The position numbers and the translations under genes are program-made. From the NCBI GenBank assembly GCA_947626515.1, contig CANQSL010000005.1:1-48363 (forward strand): DNA of 48,363 bases, written 5' to 3'. The notes below the pieces were generated by a model that was given only the letters and a program-made list of their open reading frames with translations, ran no database searches and was not told the origin of the DNA. Each line of letters begins with the position of its first letter. Within the stretch, counting starts at the first letter, position 1. This DNA is from an uncultured Bacilli bacterium (GTDB lineage: Bacteria > Bacillota_I > Bacilli_A > RF39 > UBA660). Below are positions 10,507 to 22,082 of the stretch, piece by piece.

Positions 10507-10530
10507 AAATATTGTATTTTTTCATAGTAT

Positions 10531-11298
10531 TTATTTTATATTTTTATATTCATAAAGATTAGACGGCCTATGTCCACCAGTTTTTATAATTTCTTTACTT
10601 TTCTTAATTTTAGGAGCAATAACTCTTCTAAATGCAGAATTAACTAACGATTTACCTAAAATTATTTCATATACTTGTTTTAATTCTCCAATAGTAAATA
10701 ATTTTGGCATTAAATTAAAAATAATATCTGTTGTATTAGCTTTATTTCTTAATTCTAAAATTCCTTTATTAATTATAAGTCCATGATCAAATGCAATATT
10801 ATTACTATACTTAAGTATATATTCATATTGTTCAGCTTGTTTATTAATATAAGTTCTTAATATATTGATATCTATAACATCTTCATTTTCTAAATGTATT
10901 TTAATTAAATCATCATCTTCATCAATATAAATATCAAACCATTTAGCATATTCATTTAAATCTTCTTTTAATTTAGTTTTATCAATTAAAGAAATATAAG
11001 TTGTAGAAATAGTCCTACATCTCGGATCTCTTTTCACATCATCAAAAACAGACAACTGCTCCATATAGCAAGCTGATATATTAGTTTCTTTTTTTAAAAT
11101 TCTTTTTGTCGCCTCATATGATGTCTCATCTTCTAAAACATAACCACCAGGCAAACACCACATATCTTTAAATGGTTCTTTTGTCCTTTTTACCAAAAGA
11201 ATACTAAAATATTTTTTAGGTAATCCTCTACAATTTTCATTCTTTCGACTATCAATTGAATAAATTAGTATGTCTGTTGCATAATCAACTTTACTCAT
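10531..11298 (-). CDS. nrtR: NrtR family regulator (Nudix + wHTH)
   Basis: WCLPGGYV with a degenerate Nudix box, RDPR, AFDH, FTIGELKQVYE and FRR...GGHRPSNLY. Confidence 0.88.
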   Translation of the reverse strand: MSKVDYATDILIYSIDSRKNENCRGLPKKYFSILLVKRTKEPFKDMWCLPGGYVLEDETSYEATKRILKKETNISACYMEQLSVFDDVKRDPRCRTISTTYISLIDKTKLKEDLNEYAKWFDIYIDEDDDLIKIHLENEDVIDINILRTYINKQAEQYEYILKYSNNIAFDHGLIINKGILELRNKANTTDIIFNLMPKLFTIGELKQVYEIILGKSLVNSAFRRVIAPKIKKSKEIIKTGGHRPSNLYEYKNIK

Positions 11299-11301
11299 AG
11301 C

Positions 11302-11847
11302 CTATTTATAAACTTTCTTTAGAACAAGTTCATCACTAGTCATAAGAAAATTTACTTTATCATCAGTTAATAATACATTTAAAACAACATAAGCCCCTTC
11401 TAAAATACCATTATTTTCTTCTATTAATTTTTTGCACGCTTTATAAGTACCACCTGTTGCATACACATCGTCGACAAATACACAAACTTTTCCAGACAAA
11501 TCAACAATTGGTAAATCGAGCTCAATATTAGAATATTCCGTAGTATCTTTTGTAGAAGACATTACACAGCTTTCTGGAAGTTTCCCATGTTTACGTACTG
11601 GTATTAAAGGTTTTTCCATCAATGCAGCTATATAGCTTCCCCATAAAAATCCTCTAGCATCTGGTGATACTATATAATCTATTTGTTCACAGTTTTCGAT
11701 AATTTTGTTTTTTAATAACTCAGCTACTCTTTTAAAATTTTTAGCATTAATAAGTGTTGGAGTTAAATCGACAAAATTAACTCCTTTTATAGGAAAATCT
11801 TCCTGCACTCTATATAAAATATCTTTATTTTCAATTACATCTTTCAT
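11302..11847 (-). CDS. apt: adenine phosphoribosyltransferase-like
   Basis: DFPIKGVNFVD, DARGF, VRKHGKLP and the PRPP loop VFVDDVYATGGT; start MKDV after GGAGG. Confidence 0.85.
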   Translation of the reverse strand: MKDVIENKDILYRVQEDFPIKGVNFVDLTPTLINAKNFKRVAELLKNKIIENCEQIDYIVSPDARGFLWGSYIAALMEKPLIPVRKHGKLPESCVMSSTKDTTEYSNIELDLPIVDLSGKVCVFVDDVYATGGTYKACKKLIEENNGILEGAYVVLNVLLTDDKVNFLMTSDELVLKKVYK

Positions 11848-11896
11848 ATTATCCTCCACATATTTACATTTTAATACTAAGTAATTAAAAAATCAA

Positions 11897-11923
11897 TACT
11901 TTGTATTAAAAAAATACAAAGTA
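11897..11923. repeat. perfect 11-bp inverted repeat (terminator or operator) between mtnN and apt
   Basis: TACTTTGTATT-AAAAA-AATACAAAGTA. Confidence 0.6.
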
Positions 11924-11932
11924 AAACACAAA

Positions 11933-12637
11933 TTAATTTGTGTTACTTATTTCTAATAATATTTCATTTAATGCTTTAGATATAATTTCACAACTACTTT
12001 CAAGAAAAGTTTCATAAGTTACTACATTATGATTATTAGGTACATCTGATATACTTCGTAAAATTAAAAAAGGTATATGACTCAAATAACACACTTGTGC
12101 TATACTTGCACCTTCCATTTCTACGCATAGTGCATTAAATTTTTTATTTATCTTTTCACTCATTTTTAATTCTGTACAAAATATATCTCCAGAAGCTATT
12201 ACCCCTCTAAAAACATTTATATTATCAATTTTTTTTAATACTGCATCAGCTATTGTTTGTAAATAAATATCTGTATCAATATAAATTCCTACGTTTGGTA
12301 TATAACCTTTTTCATGATTAAATGATGTTATATCAAAATCGTGTTGCACCAGTTTTTCGCCTATGACAATATCTCCAACTGACAATTTATCACTTACTCC
12401 TCCTGCTACCCCTACATTCAATATATAATCTACTTTCATATTATCAATTAGAATTTGCGTAGTCCTTGCAGCATTTACTTTACCTACGCCACATTGTACC
12501 ATTACACATTCTAAATTATTAGATATTCCCTCATAAAATTTTAAATCAAAAATACTATATTCATTATTTATTTTAATATATTTCTTAAAAGCATTTATTT
12601 CTTCTTCCATAGGAAATATCAAGCCTATTCTTTTCAT
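11933..12637 (-). CDS. mtnN: 5'-methylthioadenosine/S-adenosylhomocysteine nucleosidase
   Basis: MEEE, GVGKVNAA, GVAGG, SGDIF, VEMEGASIAQVC and RSISD. Confidence 0.95.
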   Translation of the reverse strand: MKRIGLIFPMEEEINAFKKYIKINNEYSIFDLKFYEGISNNLECVMVQCGVGKVNAARTTQILIDNMKVDYILNVGVAGGVSDKLSVGDIVIGEKLVQHDFDITSFNHEKGYIPNVGIYIDTDIYLQTIADAVLKKIDNINVFRGVIASGDIFCTELKMSEKINKKFNALCVEMEGASIAQVCYLSHIPFLILRSISDVPNNHNVVTYETFLESSCEIISKALNEILLEISNTN

Positions 12638-12672
12638 ACAATCACTTAATCAATTTTTTAATTGATTCCCTT

Positions 12673-13227
12673 CTATTTTGTTCTATTAATTTCATTTACA
12701 AAATCTATCCAATTTAGCAAAGTCTTTTCTTTCAATCTAATTCTAGCTTTAATTATATTATTGTTTTTAGATTCAAAATAATATATTTTTTTTCTTTGAT
12801 TTATTGTTTTTATAGAAAAAGTTCCATGAGCAAAAGCATTTCTAATTGCATAAAATATACTCATAGTTTTATTGTTAGGAATTAAAGATTTATATATTAT
12901 GAAATCATATTCAGGATCTTTTAATTTAATATTATTTACAATAATATTGAATTCACTTTCTAAATTCTTATCATTTTCTAAAAAATAATATTCCATATAA
13001 GACTTAATTGGCTTTCTTATTTTATTTAGCAATTTTTTAAAGTCTTGTTGTTTATAATTCAAATCATAAAATGATTTATTATGTTTTGATACATTATTAA
13101 TTACTTTATGATTATTAGAGCCTTTAATAGTATAAACAGGACAATTAAACAAATAAAAATCTATTATTTTTAAAAAATTTTTATTATTATAAGGAATATT
13201 TAAATTTCCATTTTTCCACCAATTCAT
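12673..13227 (-). CDS. putative HEPN-domain protein
   Basis: FYAIRNAFAHGTF, an RxxxxH motif, in a 184 aa very AT-rich ORF. Confidence 0.6.
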   Translation of the reverse strand: MNWWKNGNLNIPYNNKNFLKIIDFYLFNCPVYTIKGSNNHKVINNVSKHNKSFYDLNYKQQDFKKLLNKIRKPIKSYMEYYFLENDKNLESEFNIIVNNIKLKDPEYDFIIYKSLIPNNKTMSIFYAIRNAFAHGTFSIKTINQRKKIYYFESKNNNIIKARIRLKEKTLLNWIDFVNEINRTK

Positions 13228-13263
13228 TACATATCTCTTGCAATTTTATTGCAACCTTTCTTA

Positions 13264-13665
13264 TCACTTACATTCTTCAAATAATTTTATCCATCCAAGT
13301 TTTAACCACAAATTAATTTCGTCATAGCATCCCACATCAGTACTTGGCATTTTTAAAATTATTAATTCGGTATCTTTGTTATAAATCAATTTTTGAGAAA
13401 TTCCGAAAAGCAACTCAGCATAAGTTTCATAGCCAATATATCCTGATATCCCATTTTTATCTTCATTCATTATAAATAAAATATCTGTATTCGTAATATT
13501 TTTAAGAAATTGAACATGTATATTTGGATATACTTCCAAAAAATTTTTTTCATCAATTAATTTTGGATAATCTAATATTTCATAATTTTTTCTTTTATAA
13601 TAATTTAGCCAAATATTTACTTCTTTTTGTAATTTTGAGCTTCCGGCAATAACTACTTTCGTCAT
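13264..13665 (-). CDS. nucleoside 2-deoxyribosyltransferase/NMP hydrolase-like protein
   Basis: VVIAGS N-terminal strand; I..TDILFIMN...GYIGYETYAE pattern of the NDT-like fold. Confidence 0.6.
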   Translation of the reverse strand: MTKVVIAGSSKLQKEVNIWLNYYKRKNYEILDYPKLIDEKNFLEVYPNIHVQFLKNITNTDILFIMNEDKNGISGYIGYETYAELLFGISQKLIYNKDTELIILKMPSTDVGCYDEINLWLKLGWIKLFEECK

Positions 13666-13790
13666 ACTTTCTTATTCCACCATTTCATTACTAAAATAAT
13701 AACTTAATTATATCTTAAATAAAAAACATTGTTTCATCTATTTGCTAAGCAAATTATATCAAATAAGTATTATGATGTAAATTTAAGAAA

Positions 13791-14366
13791 CTATTTTCTA
13801 ACTTTTGATAATTTACTTTTTAAGTCTTTAAGAGCTAGAGATCTTGCACTAACTTCATTTTTTTCTTCAGAAGTTAATTCAGCTAAAGTTTTTCCATTTT
13901 GAAGCTCAAATATTTCATCAAATCCAAAACCATTTACTCCTCTTCTATTTTTTGAAATATAACCATTTAAAATACCTTCTCCAACTACAATTTCTCTTCC
14001 ATTATAATAAACAATATAACAAACTACTTTTGCACTTCTATCAGCACATTGATTTGTCTTTTCAATAAGATAATCATTTCTCATTTCATCTGTAGCGTTT
14101 TCTCCTAAAAAACGATGTGTTAAAACCCCAGGGAATCCATCCAAAGCATTTATACAAAGTCCAGAATCATCAGCAATTACTTCTTCATGAGCAATATTAT
14201 AAATTTCTTGAGCCTTCTTTTTAGCATTTTCTAAAAATGTATCTTGATCTTCCTCTACATCTATATCAATATTTTTATCCTTTAAAGAATCTATTTTATA
14301 ATCGCTTAATATTTCTCTAATCTCTTTTAATTTTCCTTTATTATTTGTTGCAGCTATCATAACCAT
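13791..14366 (-). CDS. rdgB: RdgB/HAM1 non-canonical purine NTP pyrophosphatase (dITP/XTP)
   Basis: ATNNKGKLKE, ENAKKKA, ADDSGL, GFPGV and GFGFD; the usual SHR reads SAR. Confidence 0.93.
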   Translation of the reverse strand: MVMIAATNNKGKLKEIREILSDYKIDSLKDKNIDIDVEEDQDTFLENAKKKAQEIYNIAHEEVIADDSGLCINALDGFPGVLTHRFLGENATDEMRNDYLIEKTNQCADRSAKVVCYIVYYNGREIVVGEGILNGYISKNRRGVNGFGFDEIFELQNGKTLAELTSEEKNEVSARSLALKDLKSKLSKVRK

Positions 14367-15070
14367 ATGTCTCCTTTTAATGGTTTAAATTTATATTTTT
14401 GAGTTGGTCTATAACCTTTTTTTACTAAATCATCGGTATCTATTTTTTCACAATACTTAGCTATCTTTTTTCTAAAATTAGATTTATCAACACTTTTATC
14501 TTTTATCAATTCATATACTATTCTTGCATCTTCTAAAGTAAAAGTTTTTCCTAAAAATTTAAATAATATATCTGTATTATCGATATTACTTCTTATTTTC
14601 TTATAACTAATCAATAAACTTAAAAGATTTCTTTTTAATTTAATATCTTTTGTATTAATTTCATGTATATATTCAATATTATTGTTTTCTTCTATTTCTT
14701 TAGTTTTATATTTATAATTATTTTTACCAAAAGTTATCCATTCATTATTTTCTATTTTAAAATCTCTCAATTCGTATTTTGAATCTAATTTTTGTACATT
14801 TTCCATGTTGGTTATTGCAAGGTAAATAATATCAATACAATTGTCATAATCTATAGTATATACTTGTTCTAAATGAAAGATATTAGATCCAATTATATTC
14901 TCTAATTGTTTTTTTAATATTTTCTTTATATCTCCATTTTTAAAAGAAAGATTTAAAAGCATTCCAGAATGATCTGTTAAGACTTTTATATTTTTTATAT
15001 CATTTTTTCTTATATTTTCATTTTTTTCACTGTTTAAAATATATAAACAACATACTATATTAACTTGCAT
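14357..15070 (-). CDS. NrtR-like wHTH regulator with eroded Nudix domain
   Basis: HLEQVYT, FTLEDARIVYE and DKSNFRKK...GYRPTQKY; no recognisable Nudix box. Confidence 0.75.
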   Translation of the reverse strand: MQVNIVCCLYILNSEKNENIRKNDIKNIKVLTDHSGMLLNLSFKNGDIKKILKKQLENIIGSNIFHLEQVYTIDYDNCIDIIYLAITNMENVQKLDSKYELRDFKIENNEWITFGKNNYKYKTKEIEENNNIEYIHEINTKDIKLKRNLLSLLISYKKIRSNIDNTDILFKFLGKTFTLEDARIVYELIKDKSVDKSNFRKKIAKYCEKIDTDDLVKKGYRPTQKYKFKPLKGDIWL

Positions 15071-15608
15071 AATCTCTTATTTCCTCACTTATTTTTTGAG
15101 ATATATTGTAAAGAAAATTAGAAAATTTATCAAGATTTAAATATTTTGTCTCTCCTGTTTCTTTATTCAATAAACTTTTTAAATTTTTTAATAATTTTTC
15201 CTTATCTATATCACCATTTATTTCACTTAATATTTTTTGTAAATACAAAACATCTAAATTAAATTCTTTTACAAGTTGATAATTAATCAAATCGTATTCT
15301 TTATAAATTTTTTTATTTTCAAATATTTTTAAATCATTAATATTAGAAGGTATATATTCTTCTAAAAAATATTTGTCTAAAAGTAAATGAGTAAAATATC
15401 CTAATTCTAACTTTTTATTAAGATTTAGCTTTTGTTTAAAATAATTTATATCTGGTATTAAATAATATTTTCCTTGTATTTTATGATGACTTTGATCATT
15501 ATTAATAATATCCGGCAACAAATTTCCTTTTATAAAATCTACATCATTTATTTTTAGTTTTTCTTTTATTAATTTTGCAACTGCCATATGACTTGCTATA
15601 CTTGGCAT
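15060..15608 (-). CDS. zinc-dependent phospholipase C/P1 nuclease-like metallohydrolase
   Basis: MPS...H, GNLLPD, SHH and LGYFTHLLLD metal-ligand pattern. Confidence 0.7.
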   Translation of the reverse strand: MPSIASHMAVAKLIKEKLKINDVDFIKGNLLPDIINNDQSHHKIQGKYYLIPDINYFKQKLNLNKKLELGYFTHLLLDKYFLEEYIPSNINDLKIFENKKIYKEYDLINYQLVKEFNLDVLYLQKILSEINGDIDKEKLLKNLKSLLNKETGETKYLNLDKFSNFLYNISQKISEEIRDYAS

Positions 15609-16015
15609 TTTATTACCTTCTTCACTTTATCTACTTGTTCTTTTAAACTTAAATTTGTTACATCTACTAAAAACAATTTATTTAAAAGCATATCATGCTC
15701 CTTCATATAATAGTAAGTTTCTTTATAAAGATTATTATACAAACCAGCCTGCAAATCAAATTCACCAATTTTTTCTCTACTTAATACTCTTCTTCTTAAT
15801 TCTTTTTCGTCATTATTTATTAAAAATATTATTGTATTATTTGTATTTTTTAAATATTCATAATATTTTTGAGCCCTAAATTCTGTAGTATAATCAAATA
15901 ACATATATTTAGATATCATATCTTTACTACGATCACTACATATAATATTTTCTTGTTTTAATTCATTAATTGTAGATGTTTTACCAACTGCATCAGTTCC
16001 TTCAATTATTATCAT
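15596..16015 (-). CDS. (deoxy)nucleoside/nucleotide kinase, P-loop
   Basis: IIIEGTDAVGKTS Walker A, DRS motif and LRRRVLSR lid. Confidence 0.8.
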   Translation of the reverse strand: MIIIEGTDAVGKTSTINELKQENIICSDRSKDMISKYMLFDYTTEFRAQKYYEYLKNTNNTIIFLINNDEKELRRRVLSREKIGEFDLQAGLYNNLYKETYYYMKEHDMLLNKLFLVDVTNLSLKEQVDKVKKVIKCQV

Positions 16016-16026
16016 TACACACAACC

Positions 16027-17803
<1,777 letters not shown>

Positions 17804-17804
<1 letters not shown>

Positions 17805-18364
17805 TATTTGCCTTCTTTCATTAATTTTCTCCAATTAATATAAGAGCCAACAGCCATAATTGTCCAAATTAAATTAAGAGCAAATAAGTATAGTGCTTGA
17901 TCTGGCAAAATAAAATATTCTATAGCATAAAATATATCGTTTATAAACCAAATTATCCATGTATCTATTTTTTTCTTCATCATATAATATGTAGCTACTA
18001 AACTAGATACAGTAGTAAAGGCATCTAATATTGGAAGTGGATCATCAGTTTTATTTAACACTGCTGAAAGACCAATAGTTCCTATAATAATTAAAAGTAC
18101 ATATATAATTTTTTCCTTAATACTTGCTCTTTTAATTTTATTAGAACCTTCTTTATTCCAAAGAATAAAACCGACTACTCCCATGACTAAATAAATGCTA
18201 TTATTGGCAACATCTCCATATAAATGATTAATTACAGAAAAGGCAATTAAGAAAGCCATTTGCAAAATATAAAATATCCAATTACTCCTCTTATTAAGCA
18301 TTACTAATACTCCCTGTATTAGTCCCAAAATTGTTGCTCCAATCTCTAAAATTATATCAATCAT
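17804..18364 (-). CDS. pnuC: PnuC family nucleoside/vitamin transporter
   Basis: Multi-TM protein; LDAFTTVSSLVATY and WIIWFIND signatures. Confidence 0.88.
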
Positions 18365-18372
18365 CTCCTTAC

Positions 18373-18434
18373 ATATAGTATGTTACACCATATGTATTAA
18401 ATTGTCAATATATTTATGGTATTCTTTACTATAA
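18373..18434. promoter_or_regulatory. two NrtR-type operators flanking the pnuC promoter
   Basis: ATATAGT-N7-ACCATAT (18373-18393) and TTATGGT-N7-ACTATAA (18414-18434), both 21-bp GT-N7-AC palindromes. The minus-strand TTGACA lies at 18403-18408 with a TAACAT -10 inside box 1. Confidence 0.8.
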
Positions 18435-18445
18435 GTTATAAAATT

Positions 18446-18476
18446 AAAAAATTCACCAGTCAAATTAGTGAATTTT
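18446..18476 (-). terminator. intrinsic terminator after the RyR-repeat gene
   Basis: AAAATTCACTA...TGGTGAATTTT stem followed by a T run. Confidence 0.65.
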
Positions 18477-18489
18477 ATGTTTACTATAA

Positions 18490-19032
18490 TTATAATTTTT
18501 TTCCAACCGAATGAATTCCATATTGTTCACAAATTGCATCAACATCTATCAAACCATTCAAATACGCTTGTATCTTTGCTTGAGCTGGGCCAATTTGTGC
18601 TTTATCTTTATCTTGTTCTTCTTTTGATAATTGTTCATAAGGTAATGCTAAATTGGGATTACCATAGTTTGGATCATAAACCCAAGAATTTCTTTTTAAC
18701 CATTCTTCGTGAATATTCGCTCCCATACGTTCCAATTCTTCAGGCATAATAGTTTCTCCAGCAATAATTTTGTCATAAACCTGTTCAATAGCAACTTTGG
18801 CAGCTTCTAAATTTTCATATTGCCAATTTGATGGTAATTGTTCAAAAGAACAATTAGCAATATCTACTTCATCAGTTCCATGACTTTCATTCCAAGCTTT
18901 ATCTTTAGATTTTTTTATTCTTGGCTCAAAAGTACCGTCTTCTAACTTTCTAGGAGCTCTCCAAGCTTCATGTAAATCAGCTCCTAAAGAATAAGCTAAT
19001 GCAATTTTTATAGTTTTATCGTCTATATTCAT
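18490..19032 (-). CDS. RyR-repeat domain protein
   Basis: Two repeats: LHEAW...FEQLP...EN and IHEEW...NPNLALPYEQLSKEEQDKD. Confidence 0.7.
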   Translation of the reverse strand: MNIDDKTIKIALAYSLGADLHEAWRAPRKLEDGTFEPRIKKSKDKAWNESHGTDEVDIANCSFEQLPSNWQYENLEAAKVAIEQVYDKIIAGETIMPEELERMGANIHEEWLKRNSWVYDPNYGNPNLALPYEQLSKEEQDKDKAQIGPAQAKIQAYLNGLIDVDAICEQYGIHSVGKKL

Positions 19033-19072
19033 TACTCCTCCTTAAATAAATAATAACATATAAATACTATTT

Positions 19073-19638
19073 TTATTTAAATCTTAATTTTCTTTCCAAT
19101 TTTTCATATGATGTCTTGCAATTTTTCATAAACTCATAAGCACTTATTATAGATGTTGAATCAAAGACACTTCTATAATAATAACCATTGGTTAAATACC
19201 CACTTATTCCATTATTTTTTTATTTTCTTTTTTATCTAGCATTTCTTCAATAACTTTATTTAAAGATTGCCCACTTTTTATCCATTCAAACATATTTTTA
19301 GTAATTTGCAATCCTTGTGATTTACCTATAAATTCGCATCCCTCTTTATCTAAAATTGAAGCATAAGTAACTATAAAATAATAGTCTTCTACTTGCTCAT
19401 AACCACCTTCTATACTTATTAATAAGTCATAAGCAATATTATTTTTTAAGCAATATTTCATTACTTCTTGATTTCTATTATGTGCTCCAAGTAATATTTC
19501 ACCATTTATAGGTTTTGAACTAACATGAGAAGGAACTTCTAAAGATTCAATCTCATAATCACTAATATTTAATACATTTAATGCCAACTCAATTGCAACC
19601 TTTTTAGATTTATTTTTAGAACCAAGAATAATTTTCAT
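19073..19638 (-). pseudogene. yjjX: YjjX/DUF84 inosine/xanthosine triphosphatase, frameshifted in an A7 tract
   Basis: LGSKNKSK, VPSHVSSKP, GAHNR and SIEGG. Adding one A at 19215-19221 restores NKKNNGISGYLTNG...R to a stop at 19073. Confidence 0.8.
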
Positions 19639-19753
19639 AAGTGTCCCCCTAATTTTTAATTTATAATTTTCACCTTACCACAAAAGATAAAAGAATATTT
19701 TTGTCTCTTTTGTTTAACAAAGGTATTATATCTAAATTTTAAATATTAAGCAA

Positions 19754-20767
19754 CTACATAAAACTACATATATTTATTCTTGTCTCTTTTTCATGACCAT
19801 TTTCAATATAATAATTATTACCAGATTCAAAGATATTTGTATCTACTTCTTCATTAAATTTAACTAGATAAAATATGCCTCCTTTAGTATTAGTGTAACT
19901 AATTATTTTATCTTTATATTCATCTTTTAAATATTTAAGACTTTTACTTAATAGTTCTTTATATTTATCTATTTTTTTATTGATTAATTCTTTTAAATCA
20001 TAATTACTTAAATAATCTAAAATAATATATTGGAGAAAAGCTGATGTGGATAAATCATAACTTTTTTTGTATAAATAAATTTTATCTATTATATTTTTTT
20101 CAGCAATTATATACCCAACATTAATTGCTGGACTAATCAATTTGGAAAAAGTTCCTAAATAAATAATATTTTTTTGATTGTTTAATTCTGTTAAACTATA
20201 ATATTTTTTATTAGTAAAATTAATATAACTATAAGGATCATCTTCTATTACAAAAACATTATATTTATTAATTATTTTTAAAAATTCTGTTCTTTTTTGA
20301 TTAGACCAAGAATACCCCGTTGGATTATTAAAAGTTGGTGTTACATAAATCATCTTAGGGTTGTATATCTTTATATATTTTTCTAGTTCACCTAAATTAA
20401 ATCCATCTTTTTCTATGTTTAGACCAACTATATTTATCTTCCTTTTTTTTAATACATCCAATGCTCCAAAATAAGTTGGTTGTTCTACTAAAATAGTATC
20501 ATTTTCTTCTAGAAGAGCATCGGCAATTAAATTAATAGATTGTTGGGATGAAGTAGTTATTAAAATATTTTTATAATCAATTTTTTGATTCCATAAATCA
20601 TTTAAAATATTAATTATTTTAAGCCTAAGTTCTTTTAAACCTTTTGGAGTTAAATAAGTATTAAAGTTTATATTACTTTTTATTACTCTTTTTATACTTG
20701 CTTTTATTTCTTTTTCATTAATTAAATTATATATTCCACTAGATCTATTCATTATTTTCTCCTGCAA
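19754..20767 (-). CDS. PLP-dependent aminotransferase class I/II (MocR-like effector domain, no HTH)
   Basis: EQPTY, PTFNNPTG, IEDDPY and GTFSK (PLP lysine). Confidence 0.88.
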   Translation of the reverse strand: MQEKIMNRSSGIYNLINEKEIKASIKRVIKSNINFNTYLTPKGLKELRLKIINILNDLWNQKIDYKNILITTSSQQSINLIADALLEENDTILVEQPTYFGALDVLKKRKINIVGLNIEKDGFNLGELEKYIKIYNPKMIYVTPTFNNPTGYSWSNQKRTEFLKIINKYNVFVIEDDPYSYINFTNKKYYSLTELNNQKNIIYLGTFSKLISPAINVGYIIAEKNIIDKIYLYKKSYDLSTSAFLQYIILDYLSNYDLKELINKKIDKYKELLSKSLKYLKDEYKDKIISYTNTKGGIFYLVKFNEEVDTNIFESGNNYYIENGHEKETRINICSFM

Positions 20768-21387
20768 ACATATAAAGAACTTTTTTCATCTTCGATTACT
20801 TGAATATCAAAATATGGAGAAAGTATTTTTAAATACTCTTCCTTACTTATCCAATCAAAGACAGTAAAATGAGGTTCATAACCTTCCCTTATTTGAATAT
20901 GATTTACTTTTTTCCCTATTAGATATGATATTTCTATATAGTTTATATTATCAATAGAATATTCTTTTACTAAAGGTTTAATAGAAGGTTTTTGATTGAA
21001 AGTATTAAAAATAAAAAGCCCATTCTTATTAAAAATATTACTAAGTTTTTCAGGATTAATATCTAATAGCCAATAATTAATAGCTTGTTCACAAAAAACT
21101 TTATCATATTTCTTAGTATTAGTATCTAAAAAATCTTTAATACTTTTATTTATTACTTTTATTCCCATACTTTCTAAATTATCTGGAATCATATCTTTTT
21201 CTTGATCAACATAAGTTACATCATTAGCAAGATTTATTAGTTTTATAGTAAGTCGACCATTACCACCACATAAGTCTAAAACTTTATCTTTCTTATTAAT
21301 ATTTGCATGTTCTATTAGGTAAAAAACCCCTTTTTTAAAATATCTTTTATATAATTCTTCATAAATTTCATGTTTAGGATATTTCAC
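20752..21387 (-). CDS. class I SAM-dependent methyltransferase
   Basis: VLDLCGGNG motif I; GLFIFN. Confidence 0.88.
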   Translation of the reverse strand: MKYPKHEIYEELYKRYFKKGVFYLIEHANINKKDKVLDLCGGNGRLTIKLINLANDVTYVDQEKDMIPDNLESMGIKVINKSIKDFLDTNTKKYDKVFCEQAINYWLLDINPEKLSNIFNKNGLFIFNTFNQKPSIKPLVKEYSIDNINYIEISYLIGKKVNHIQIREGYEPHFTVFDWISKEEYLKILSPYFDIQVIEDEKSSLYVCRRK

Positions 21388-21401
21388 ATTATCACTTCTT
21401 T

Positions 21402-22082
21402 CTATAAAATATTATCATCTTTATCAAATAAATAGATAACACCATGATATCTAATATTAAATGATGTATTATTGCTTCTAAATGAATCGCGAACAGTTCC
21501 AGGAAAAGCATATTCATAAAATGGTAATTTATCATCAAAATAATTATTGATATGAACTATTACTTTTACTTTTTTATTTTCAAACAGTTTCGCAAGAAGA
21601 GGAGCATTCAAAGTAGCCTTTTTACCAATAACTTTAACAAAATGATTTTTATGATCAACATTACTTATAGTGGTATACTCTTTAAAGTCTTCTTTACCAC
21701 GAATGGTTGTTATAAAACTATTATTATCTGTTCGAACAGCAATACTTCCAAATAAATATTTTTCACCATAAACTTGTTTTGTCATTAAAGATTTGTATTT
21801 ATCAATATAATTATAATAAATAATTAAATCTTTAGGTGACACCTTATCTTTTATATTATTTGAAATAATAACAGTTTGATAAAAGATATCGTTTTCAGCA
21901 TTTTTTATAAATTTTGTTTCATCATTAATTAAGAAAAAACTTTTTTCTTTAGTAAGAACATACTCTTTGTCATTATTCTTTATTAACAAAAATGACCTTT
22001 TATTATTAAGCAATTCTTGATATTTTTCATCAATAATTTTGTCATTTAATTCATTAAGTTCTATCTTTTTATAATTTATCAT
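21402..22082 (-). CDS. class II aldolase/adducin-like domain protein (degenerate)
   Basis: GSIAVR...FITT, IVHIN, PGT and YHGV in the C-terminal half. Confidence 0.55.
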   Translation of the reverse strand: MINYKKIELNELNDKIIDEKYQELLNNKRSFLLIKNNDKEYVLTKEKSFFLINDETKFIKNAENDIFYQTVIISNNIKDKVSPKDLIIYYNYIDKYKSLMTKQVYGEKYLFGSIAVRTDNNSFITTIRGKEDFKEYTTISNVDHKNHFVKVIGKKATLNAPLLAKLFENKKVKVIVHINNYFDDKLPFYEYAFPGTVRDSFRSNNTSFNIRYHGVIYLFDKDDNIL

